Shown here: one piece after another, positions 20,008-28,699 of the stretch
How the letters are laid out: the number at the start of each line of letters is the position of its first letter
How positions within the stretch are numbered: the first letter of the stretch is position 1
Program-made: the position numbers and the translations under genes
Notes under the pieces: model-generated
The model's input: only the letters and a program-made list of their open reading frames with translations
Databases searched by the model: none
What the model was told of the DNA's origin: nothing
From: an uncultured delta proteobacterium
Lineage (GTDB): Bacteria > Myxococcota_A > Polyangia > Polyangiales > JAFGIB01
Direction: 5' to 3'
NCBI GenBank assembly: GCA_963778655.1
Contig: CAVZVA010000009.1
Location: forward strand, 928,001-992,000
DNA length: 64,000 nt

Positions 20008-21849
20008 TCAGAACCGTCGCCGCCGGATCAGCGCCGCCAGGGCGAGCAGCAGCAGCGAGCCGCTGCCACCTGCCTCCGGTAAGCCGCCGCCGACGTTGCA
20101 GCCGCCGCTGTGCGCGACGCTGCTGCCGCTCTTGCCGCCGTCGTCCACGCCGGCATCGCTGGTGCCACCGCTCGAGCCACCGGAGCCGGCGCTGCCGCCG
20201 CCGCCGCTCTTACCGCCCGTGCTGCCGCCGCTCGTGCCGCCCGTGCCGCTGTCGGCTGTGCCGCCATCGCTGGTGCCGGCGCCGTTCTGCTTGAGCATCG
20301 CGACGATCATGTCCGTGCGATCGTCGATCACCTTGCCCTGACCCTGCTTGCCGTACTGCAGGATCTTGAGCGCCGCGGGCTGACTGTCGATCATGATCGG
20401 CCAGGTCCCGATGGTCGTGCCGTGCACCTCGCCGCCCTGCGGCAGCACGAGCCGCCACGGGCTGTTGGATGTGCCGCCGCCATTCCCGCACTCGATGTAG
20501 AAGTCGGCGGTGTGGATGTTGCTGACGTCGCCGAGGTCGGAGTTGAAGTCGAAGGCGGGATCGAGGGTCATCTCGGCCGCGCTCATCGTGGTGTACAGGC
20601 GCGTGATGTAGGGGCGCGAGTCGAGCAGCGCCTGGGTATCGGCCAGCGGCTTGATCACCATCTCGTAGAGCTTGGTCAGGAAGGTCTGGGTGTCGAAGGT
20701 CACGCCCGCCGCGTTGATGTAGCAGGATAGACAGCGCTGGAAATCCGAGAACGCGATGTTGCTGGGCAGCGTGACCGAGGCCTGCAGTGCGTCGTTGAAG
20801 CCGTCGTAGTTGCCAAACATGTTGGTGGCGTCGCGGACCATCGAGGCCGCGTCGGTGTAGCTCGTCGCCTGGAACTGATTCCACTGCTGCTGCTGGTAGC
20901 CGGCGAAGATCTGGACGCCCGTGTTGTTCACCAGATCAGAGACCTTGCCCGCATACTCGGTCACGAAGCCCTGGCCCATGGCCTCGTCGGCAGCCTTGCT
21001 CACGACCTCGTTGTAGTTGTTGTTGGGATTGAACCAGTCGATCAGCGCCTCGTTGAGCTCGAGCGCCTTGTAGTTCTCCGGAATCGCGCGCGCGTCCGAC
21101 AGCACCCACACCAGCACGCCCATGTCGTCGTTGGCCGCGACCGCGGTGGGCCTGATCGGAATCGACGGCAGCGCCGAGTCATAGGTGATCATGACCGGGC
21201 GGATCGAGCCGGTCATGTTGCCCTTGCTCAGCTTGAACGCGAGCAGGTTGAGCCCGTCTTCGAGATAGGGGCGCAGCACCACGTCGCCCATCGGGCCCAC
21301 GTCGTAGCTGTGCGCGGTGAGCCAATCGACCGCGACCTGGGCCGCGTCGCTCGCTCCGGGGTCGACCATGATGACGTCGTAGTCATAGGGACCGACCGCA
21401 CCGGAAGCCACCACCGTCACTGCGGGCGCAGACGCGGCCCCCCCCGTGCCCGAGGCGTTGCCAAATCCGACCGCACCGGTTGCCATCGGCACCGCGCAGC
21501 TGCCATCGAACATGGTCTGCCGGGTGTACTGGGGGTTGGTCGCCTGCTTGAGCGCCTGGAAGGCCGAGTCCGAGGAAACCGCGACCGTCGGGTTGCCGGG
21601 CACCGGCAGCACCCAGGCGAACTTCTGCGACGGCCCGTCGTACATGATCTGGATCACCGCGGTCACCGTGCCGTCCGCGTTCTTCGAGAACACAATCTGT
21701 TCGGCGGCCTGGTTGACCGGATTGGCCGCGGAGCAGAAGAAGCCGCCGCAGGCCTTGGCCGGGCTCGGCGCCATCGCAATTGCAGCCGCGGTCAGGCCGG
21801 CCAATGCCGCGCCCACCCATGCGAACCCCTGTGGTCGTTCGAAGCGCAT
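20008..21849 (-). CDS. DUF2330-domain surface protein with MYXO-CTERM sorting signal
   Basis: Signal peptide followed by ACGGFFC...QAAEQIVF...FAWVLPVP. Gly/Ser linker, then C-terminal GGCNV...LLLLALAALIRRRRF. Confidence 0.88.
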   Translation of the reverse strand: MRFERPQGFAWVGAALAGLTAAAIAMAPSPAKACGGFFCSAANPVNQAAEQIVFSKNADGTVTAVIQIMYDGPSQKFAWVLPVPGNPTVAVSSDSAFQALKQATNPQYTRQTMFDGSCAVPMATGAVGFGNASGTGGAASAPAVTVVASGAVGPYDYDVIMVDPGASDAAQVAVDWLTAHSYDVGPMGDVVLRPYLEDGLNLLAFKLSKGNMTGSIRPVMITYDSALPSIPIRPTAVAANDDMGVLVWVLSDARAIPENYKALELNEALIDWFNPNNNYNEVVSKAADEAMGQGFVTEYAGKVSDLVNNTGVQIFAGYQQQQWNQFQATSYTDAASMVRDATNMFGNYDGFNDALQASVTLPSNIAFSDFQRCLSCYINAAGVTFDTQTFLTKLYEMVIKPLADTQALLDSRPYITRLYTTMSAAEMTLDPAFDFNSDLGDVSNIHTADFYIECGNGGGTSNSPWRLVLPQGGEVHGTTIGTWPIMIDSQPAALKILQYGKQGQGKVIDDRTDMIVAMLKQNGAGTSDGGTADSGTGGTSGGSTGGKSGGGGSAGSGGSSGGTSDAGVDDGGKSGSSVAHSGGCNVGGGLPEAGGSGSLLLLALAALIRRRRF

Positions 21850-21941
21850 TCGTGCTCTCCCTTGCATCCCGGTGTACCCGGGGCTGGGCCACGCCCTGTG
21901 GCACAGCCTGGCACAGCCCGCACCCAATCCTCCAAGCATAC

Positions 21942-21957
21942 TGCAACCCCCATGCCA
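21942..21957 (-). promoter_or_regulatory. Sigma-54 (-24/-12) promoter for the DUF2330 gene
   Basis: The minus strand reads TGGCATGGGGGTTGCA, an exact GG-N10-GC match to TGGCACG-N4-TTGCW, about 90 bp upstream of ATG 21849. Confidence 0.7.
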
Positions 21958-22095
21958 GCGCCCCGGCCGGCCTGAACCGCCCTGAGACAGGCGAACATAC
22001 CGAAACAGTTCCGGGTTTCGCGCCTCGCAGCCGATTGTCATCATCCGGCAACGGGCCGGTTTGGGGTCCGAGCCGCGCCGGCGCGGGAGGCGTTC

Positions 22096-23469
22096 ATGGA
22101 GGGAACCCAGAAGCTCCGCCCAGTGGGCGTGTCCGTTTCGGGACGCCTCACCGGGCCCCTGGTGATCGCCGGGTTTGTGCTCGCCGCAACCTGCGCCTAC
22201 GTCGCGCTGGCGCTGCGGCCGCAATGGGCGGCTGCGCTGCGCGCCGCGTGGGACGGCGTGCTGCAAGCCGGCCGCGGCGGCGTCTGGATCCTGCCGCTGC
22301 TGGCCGCTGTCGCGGCAGTGCTCGGCGTGGTGCTGGCCGCGTTCCTGCTGTCGGCGTTCGTGCGCGGCGTGCAAGCGGCGCCCTATGCGTGGCTGGCGCC
22401 GGTGCTGGTCGGCTTCTCCAGCTTCGTGCTGGCGCGCATGCGCATCGACCTGCCGCTGGGCCCCGTTCCGGCGCCGCTGTTCGCGACGCTGAGCGGGTTG
22501 CTGCTGCTCGGCGGCGGTGCGCTGGCGCAAGTGCGCGGCTGGCCTGCCAAGCTCTCGGGAGCGCTTGCGCTCGGCTTGCCCCTGCTGCTGCTGGGCTGCG
22601 CCTACGCGCGCGCGGGCGGCGGCCTGCTGCCGGCCTGGCGCGCGCTCGACCCGACCGCGGGTCTGTTTCTGTTCGTGCTCGGCTTGACCAGCGTCGGCGT
22701 GGCGCTGGTGGCGGCGGTGGCCCGTCCTGCCGGCCCGATCGGCGAGGCGGCCCAGCGCGCGCGCAGCTGGCGCGAGCACAGGCAGCAGCTGGCGCAGGCG
22801 CTGAACCACGCGCGCGAGAGCGAGCTGCGCGCGGCCGAAGCCGAGCGCCGCGCCGAGCTCGCCGAGCACGCGTTGCAGGCGGCGCATGCGGTGGCGGCTC
22901 GCGCGCCCGCGTTCGGGCACGGGGAAGACACCGGGCGATTCATGGCGCTCGCGCGGCCGCCGCTCTTGAGCCGCACCGCCCGGCTGTGGATCGGTGCGCC
23001 GCTGCTGCTGGTCACGGCCTTGCTCGTCGCGTACCTGGCGGCCTATAGACCGCTCGCCCGGCGCGCGGCCGCGCAGCAGGTGTTCTCGACCGAGAGCGCC
23101 AAGGAGCACGCCGAAGAGATCGACGCGCTGCGCAAGCGCTTCGCAACGGAGCGCCAGCACCTGTACGAGGCGCTGGCCGCCGAGCGCGCCCACAGCGAGC
23201 AGCTGCTGCAGCAAGCGCGCGAACAGGCGGCGACGCAGCCGGCGCCGAGCGCGGAGCGGACCCCTGCGGCGGTAGCGCCGGAAGTGGCGAGGCCCGTGGC
23301 CAGGGCTGTCAGGCACGCGACCAGGGCGAATGGCCGGCACGCGCGCCGCCATGCGGCCAGGAGCCGAGCGCGCACGCGCACGCAGCCCGCGAAGCGCGAA
23401 GCGGCCCAGCCGCGCGAGTCGGGCGAGACCCTCGACGACGATCCGATCGGCGGCCTCGAGGGCATGTAG
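22096..23469 (+). CDS. Hypothetical multi-pass membrane protein with coiled-coil regions
   Basis: About six N-terminal TM segments, a coiled coil, a further TM, and a C-terminal DDDPIGGL tail. Confidence 0.65.
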   Translation: MEGTQKLRPVGVSVSGRLTGPLVIAGFVLAATCAYVALALRPQWAAALRAAWDGVLQAGRGGVWILPLLAAVAAVLGVVLAAFLLSAFVRGVQAAPYAWLAPVLVGFSSFVLARMRIDLPLGPVPAPLFATLSGLLLLGGGALAQVRGWPAKLSGALALGLPLLLLGCAYARAGGGLLPAWRALDPTAGLFLFVLGLTSVGVALVAAVARPAGPIGEAAQRARSWREHRQQLAQALNHARESELRAAEAERRAELAEHALQAAHAVAARAPAFGHGEDTGRFMALARPPLLSRTARLWIGAPLLLVTALLVAYLAAYRPLARRAAAQQVFSTESAKEHAEEIDALRKRFATERQHLYEALAAERAHSEQLLQQAREQAATQPAPSAERTPAAVAPEVARPVARAVRHATRANGRHARRHAARSRARTRTQPAKREAAQPRESGETLDDDPIGGLEGM

Positions 23470-23487
23470 CGCGGGGGCGTTCCGAGG

Positions 23488-26400
23488 CTACTCGGCCGCG
23501 CTTTCGCCCTCTTCGGCGATCCGCTCGTCGTGCTCGGCCGCGGGCTCGCCGTGCACGGCCACGCCGCTCTCCGCCCTGCGCGCGAACCCACTGCGCCCAG
23601 GCACGTGGATGCGCACTCGGCTGATCAGCGGGTGCGAGGAAGGGCGCTCGATCACGGCGGGCTCGGCGCGCTCGAGCTTGCGCTTCGGGAAGTCCAGCCA
23701 GTGGCGCTCGCGTTGGAAGGGATAGCTCGGCAGCGTGAGCTTGGCGCGCGGGTAGGGCGCGTCGAACGCGCGCCAGTCGATCTCGGCGCCGCGCGCGTAG
23801 AGCTGAGCTAGCGTGCCGAGCAGCGCGGCCCAGTCGTCGCCGCTTGCGCAGAGGGAGGGCAGGGCGAGCTCTGCAGGCCCCGGATCCGCGGCCGCCGCGG
23901 GGCCGAGCTCGAGGCAAATGTCCGCGTGCTCGCCGATCAGCGCCGGCACGCCGCCGGCTGCGGTGGGCTCGTGGTAGAGCTGGCGCGCCCAGTGCTCGGT
24001 GTTCGGCAGCTCGCCCGGCGCGAGCCAACCCCCGCGCCACGCGCTGGCCAGCGGGAGCTCGGGCGCTGCGTACTGAGCGGCGTCCAATGCGACGCGCAGC
24101 CCATGTACGGTCAGGCGCTGCGTGGCGCCCGGCGCCAGCCCTTCGAGCACGACCCCGCGGCGGGTCGCGAGCACCAGCGCCTGCTCCCACGACATCGCGC
24201 CTGCGGCGGCAGCGGCCGCGTATTCGCCCGCGCCCGAGCCGTAGACCGCGCTCGGCTCGAGCCCCCAGCTGCGCCACAGCGCGTGCAGCGCGTAGTGCAG
24301 CGCCAGAAGCGCGGCGTGGCCGTAGCTCGGACGGCAGAGCAACGCCGCGCGCTCGCTCTGGGGCGCGTGGTAGAGCGCGTCGAGCAGCGGGTGTTCCAGC
24401 TCCTGGGCAAGCACACGGTTGCAGTGCTCCAGGCTCTGGCGCAGCCGAGGGTGGGCCTGCCACAGCGCCAGGGCGGCACCGGGCGACACCACGCGCTGTG
24501 GAAAAGCGAACGCGACGCGCAGGCGCGCGCCCGGCTTGAGCACGCCGGCGTGCACGCCCGGGGCAGGCGCGCCGCCGGCGAAACGCTGCAGCGCTTCGCG
24601 CGCGTCGGCGGCATCGGCCGCGCTCACCCCCAGGCGGTGCGCGAAGTGGCTGCGGCCCACGCCCGCGGTGAAGCAGTAGTCTGCGAATAGCTCGGGCGGC
24701 GCGTGGGCCAGCGCGTGCCGCGTGCGCGCCGCGAGCTGGGACAGGGCTGCGGGCGTGCGCGCCGACAACACCAGCAAGTGGCGCGGCCGCTCGTGGTCGC
24801 AAGGGTGCACGCGCGCCGCGGGCGCCTCGCGCAGCACCACGTGTGCGTTGGTGCCGCCGAAGCCGAACGCGCTCAGCCCGGCGAAGCGCGGGCGCTCGCC
24901 GCGCCGCCAGGGCACGGCCAGAGTGGGGATCTCGAGCGGCAGCGCGTCGATGCCGATGTCGGGGTGCACGTCCCGCAGGTGCAAGTGAGGCGGGATCTCG
25001 GCGTGGTGCAGCGCCAGGGCGACCTTGATCAACGCGACCATACCGGAGGCGGCTTCGAGATGCCCGACGTTGGTCTTGGCCGAGCCCACCAGCAGCGGAC
25101 GGCCCGGCGGGCGCCCCGCCATCACCTCGCCGAGCGCGCGCAGCTCGACCGCGTCGGCCACCGGGGTGCCCACGCCGTGACACTCGACGTAGTCGATCTC
25201 GTCCGCGCTGACCTCGGCCGAGCGGAGCGCCTGCTGCAGCAGCGCCTGCTGCGAGCGGCCGTTCGGCGCCAGCAGGCCGTTGCTGCGGCCGTCGTGGTTG
25301 ACCGCGCCCCCCGCGAGCAGCGCGTAGACGCGGTCGCCGTCCGCCAGCGCGGCCGACAGCGGCTTGAGCACCACCACTCCGGCGCCCTCGCTGCGCACGA
25401 ATCCATCCGCCCGGCTGTCGAAGCTCTTGCAGCGGCCGTCGCGGGATAGGGCGCGCGCGTGCGAGAAGTACACGCTCGCCTCCGGCGCGAGCACCACGTT
25501 GACGCCGCCCACGATGGCAAGCTCGCAGTCTAGCTCGCGCAGGCTGCGGCAGGCGTGCTGCAGCGCGACCAGCGAGGACGAGCAGGCGCTGTCGACGGTC
25601 TCGCTCGGACCCTTGAGGTCGAGGAAGTACGAGAGCCGGTTGGCGACGATGCTGGGCGCGTTGCCGGTGCCGTAGTCGGCGTCGATCATCTGCAGGTCGC
25701 CGCCATACAGCAGGCTGTACTCGCTGCCGCACACGCCCGCGAACACACCGGTGGCGCTGCCCGCGAGCGCGGTGGGCGCCTGGCCCGCGTCCTCGAGCGC
25801 CTCCCACGCGACCTCCAGGAACATGCGCTGCTGCGGATCCAGGCGCGCCGCCTCGTGCGTGGAGATGCCGAAGAAGGCGGCGTCGAACGCATCCACTCCC
25901 TCGACGAAGCCGCCCCACTTGCTGCACATCTTGCCGCGGGCGCCGGGCTCGGGATCGTAGAGCGCGTCCGCGTCCCAACGCTCCGGCGGCACCTCGCTGA
26001 TCGCATCGACCCCGTTGCGCAGCAGCTGCCAGAAGCCCTTGAGGTTGGGTGCGCCGGGGAAGCGACAGGCCATGCCCACGATCGCGATCGGCTCCTGTGC
26101 CCGCGCGCGCGCCCGCTGGCGCGGCGCGCGCACGGCCGGCGCGGAGGGCCGCGTGGCGGCGTCGCCGCCCGACAGAGCGCGCGCGAGATCGGCGATGGTC
26201 GGGTTGTCGTACGAGATGGTCGCGGGCAGCTGCGTGCCGAGCCACTGCTGCAGCTCCTCGGTCAGCTCGGCGGCGAGCAGCGAGTCCACGCCGTAGCGCG
26301 CGAGCGGCTCGCGCGGGTCGATCTCGCCGGCGTCGCGCTCGAGCTTCTCGGCCAGGCGCTCGCGCAGCCACTGGACGATGCGCTGCTCGCGCTGAAGCGC

Positions 26401-28305
26401 GGTCGGCCGGGTGAGCGTGCGAAACGGGGGCGCATCGTCGCCGCCTTGGCTCTGTTCGACGGTTCGAGGCGGCGGTGCGTCGGCGCTGCGCTGCGGCCGT
26501 TCGCTCCAGCGAGGCGACGGCAGAGAGCCCGCTGAAGGCGCGGAGCTCTGGTCGCGCCCCCGGTCGGCACCCGCGAGCTGCCACGACGCCACCACCTGCA
26601 GGTCGCCGGCGAGGTAGGCCTGCCTGGTCGCGCGCCGCTGCACCTTGCCGCTCGAGGTTTTCAGCATGCTGCCGCGCTTGATCAGCACCAGTGCGGCCGG
26701 CGCCAGGTCGTGCGCCTCGCGGATCGCCTGCGCCGCGCCCCGCAGCAGCGCGTCCTGATCGGCGCCCAGCCGCTTGTCGAGCTCCTGCACCACCACCAGC
26801 TGCTCGCCCAGCTCGCCGTCGACGGAGAACGCCGCGCCGGCGTCCGCCACCAACGCCGCGTGCATGTCCTGCACCGTGCGCTCGATGTCCTGGGGGTAGT
26901 GGTTGCGCCCGCGCACGATGATCAGGTCCTTGAGCCGGCCAGTGATGAACAGCTCGCCCTCGTCGAAGAACCCGAGGTCGCCGGTGCGCAGAAAAGGCCC
27001 CTCGTGCGTATCCGCGGTGTGCGCGCGAAAGGTCCGCTCCGTCTCCTCGGGTCGATTCCAATACCCGAGCGCCACGGACCGGCTCTGCACCCAGATCTCC
27101 CCGACCCGCCCTTCCGGCAGCGTGCACAGCGTGTACGGGTCGACGATCAAAATGCGCTCGTCGAGCAACGCATGCCCGCACCCGACCAGCGTGCGGGTCC
27201 GTGGCGCGGATTCGGACGGGCCGGCGACGCGCGCCGCGTGCCCCTGCTCCAGCTCGCCGGCATCATATGCGCGCACCAGAGGAGGCGACGCCGGATCGCC
27301 GCCCGAGATCATCAGGGTCGCTTCCGCCATGCCATAGCAGGGGTACATGGCTTCGCGCCGCAGCCCGTGCGCGGCGAAGGCATGCGCGAAGCTCGCGATG
27401 GTCGAGGGTTTGATCGGCTCGGCGCCATTGCAGACCACGCGCACCGAGGTGAGGTCGAGACCGACGCGGTCCCTGGCATCGATGCGGCGTAGGCACAGGT
27501 CGAAGGCGAAATTGGGAGCCATCAAGACGCTGGCCCGGTGGTGTTGGGCAGCGACAAGCCAGCGCTTGGGGCGGCGCACGAACGCCTGGGACGGCATCAA
27601 CACGGCTCTGCCACCGACGTACAGCGCTTGGAAGATGCCGCCCATCAGCCCCATGTCGTGGAACGGTGGCAACCAGCTGAGAAAGACGTCGTCCGCGGTC
27701 GTGGTGCTGCCGGCCCGGATGATCTCCTGGCCAGCGAGCAGCTGAGCGTTCGTCAGCAGCACACCCTTGGGCTCGGAGGTGGATCCCGACGTGTACTGGA
27801 GAATGGCGGGCCGCTCCGGCGCGGCGCCCACCACGACGCCGCCCAAGGCGTCGCCCTGGACCGCGCTGGAGACGTCGACCAACGCGATCTCGCCGAGCGG
27901 GCGCTCCGCGTCTGCCGCCCAGCGCGCGCGCAACTCACCGGTAGTCAGCGCGCTCTGCGCGCCCGAGTCCTGCGCGATCGCCCGAATCCGTTGCCAAGCC
28001 CGAGCCACGCCGCCTTTCCCCGGTGGGTATGCAGGCACCGCGATCGCGCCGGCGTACAGGCAGCCGAGCAGGGCGACGACGTAATCGAGGCCCTCCGGGC
28101 AGAGCACTAGCACGGCGCGGCCTTCTGCACCCAGCGAGATCAGGGCGGCACCTGCGGCCCGCGCACGCCGGTCCAGCGAGGCGTAGGTCAGCTCGACCGC
28201 CGCCGTAGCGGCTGAGTCGAGAAACGTATACGCCACGCGATTGGGGTGCTGGCCGCTGTGCCGCTGCAATACGTCCAGCAGGGATTCATCAACAGCGACA
28301 GCCAT
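23488..28305 (-). CDS. Fatty acyl-AMP ligase-ACP-ketosynthase-(degenerate) acyltransferase hybrid PKS
   Basis: FAAL: LQYTSGSTSEPKG, SWLPPFHDMGL, YGMAEAT, LRTGDLG, RGRNHYPQDIE, KTSSGK. ACP: GVDSL. KS: EPIAIVG, DSACSSS, CHGVGT, NVGHLEAASG. The AT lacks GHSxG (reads GSGAGE). Ends LPSYPFQRERHW...HPLI. Confidence 0.92.
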   Translation of the reverse strand: MAVAVDESLLDVLQRHSGQHPNRVAYTFLDSAATAAVELTYASLDRRARAAGAALISLGAEGRAVLVLCPEGLDYVVALLGCLYAGAIAVPAYPPGKGGVARAWQRIRAIAQDSGAQSALTTGELRARWAADAERPLGEIALVDVSSAVQGDALGGVVVGAAPERPAILQYTSGSTSEPKGVLLTNAQLLAGQEIIRAGSTTTADDVFLSWLPPFHDMGLMGGIFQALYVGGRAVLMPSQAFVRRPKRWLVAAQHHRASVLMAPNFAFDLCLRRIDARDRVGLDLTSVRVVCNGAEPIKPSTIASFAHAFAAHGLRREAMYPCYGMAEATLMISGGDPASPPLVRAYDAGELEQGHAARVAGPSESAPRTRTLVGCGHALLDERILIVDPYTLCTLPEGRVGEIWVQSRSVALGYWNRPEETERTFRAHTADTHEGPFLRTGDLGFFDEGELFITGRLKDLIIVRGRNHYPQDIERTVQDMHAALVADAGAAFSVDGELGEQLVVVQELDKRLGADQDALLRGAAQAIREAHDLAPAALVLIKRGSMLKTSSGKVQRRATRQAYLAGDLQVVASWQLAGADRGRDQSSAPSAGSLPSPRWSERPQRSADAPPPRTVEQSQGGDDAPPFRTLTRPTALQREQRIVQWLRERLAEKLERDAGEIDPREPLARYGVDSLLAAELTEELQQWLGTQLPATISYDNPTIADLARALSGGDAATRPSAPAVRAPRQRARARAQEPIAIVGMACRFPGAPNLKGFWQLLRNGVDAISEVPPERWDADALYDPEPGARGKMCSKWGGFVEGVDAFDAAFFGISTHEAARLDPQQRMFLEVAWEALEDAGQAPTALAGSATGVFAGVCGSEYSLLYGGDLQMIDADYGTGNAPSIVANRLSYFLDLKGPSETVDSACSSSLVALQHACRSLRELDCELAIVGGVNVVLAPEASVYFSHARALSRDGRCKSFDSRADGFVRSEGAGVVVLKPLSAALADGDRVYALLAGGAVNHDGRSNGLLAPNGRSQQALLQQALRSAEVSADEIDYVECHGVGTPVADAVELRALGEVMAGRPPGRPLLVGSAKTNVGHLEAASGMVALIKVALALHHAEIPPHLHLRDVHPDIGIDALPLEIPTLAVPWRRGERPRFAGLSAFGFGGTNAHVVLREAPAARVHPCDHERPRHLLVLSARTPAALSQLAARTRHALAHAPPELFADYCFTAGVGRSHFAHRLGVSAADAADAREALQRFAGGAPAPGVHAGVLKPGARLRVAFAFPQRVVSPGAALALWQAHPRLRQSLEHCNRVLAQELEHPLLDALYHAPQSERAALLCRPSYGHAALLALHYALHALWRSWGLEPSAVYGSGAGEYAAAAAAGAMSWEQALVLATRRGVVLEGLAPGATQRLTVHGLRVALDAAQYAAPELPLASAWRGGWLAPGELPNTEHWARQLYHEPTAAGGVPALIGEHADICLELGPAAAADPGPAELALPSLCASGDDWAALLGTLAQLYARGAEIDWRAFDAPYPRAKLTLPSYPFQRERHWLDFPKRKLERAEPAVIERPSSHPLISRVRIHVPGRSGFARRAESGVAVHGEPAAEHDERIAEEGESAAE

Positions 28306-28699
28306 AGACGCAGCCCGGCGAAGAAGCGCAGCCTAGCCTATCCGAAAGCTTGTTCGGAAAATGTTTCGATTTCGATTCTGGCTCGATGCTGACGGCGATC
28401 AGCCCCAGGTTGCAGACTAATTGCGTCGGCTCCGGAGCGCGTGAGCTCCGGCCGCCGCCCACTGACAGCGCCGAGTATCGGATCACAAGGGCCAGTTGGG
28501 ACTCGAACATGTGTATAGCGAGGAGCTGAACGCGCGTGCGGGCTTCCGACTCTTGGCTAAAGAAGTTACGGGATTGGAGTGCCAAGCCCGGAGTCAAAGA
28601 GAGAGCTGGCAGCACCCCGGTGCGCGGGGAGTTGCGTACTCCATGACCGACCCGCGGCGGTTGTCCGTTGCGGGTCAGCGGCTACGTTGACCTAAGAAT

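Noticed and set aside
21850..23352. Long N-terminal extension of the DUF2330 ORF (1114 aa call)
   Set aside because: It is antisense to the 22096-23469 membrane protein; the signal peptide and sigma-54 site place the start at 21849.
23309..27181. 1290 aa alternative-frame ORF over the PKS
   Set aside because: It is an Arg/Ala-rich off-frame artefact of high GC; the PKS frame carries all the motifs.
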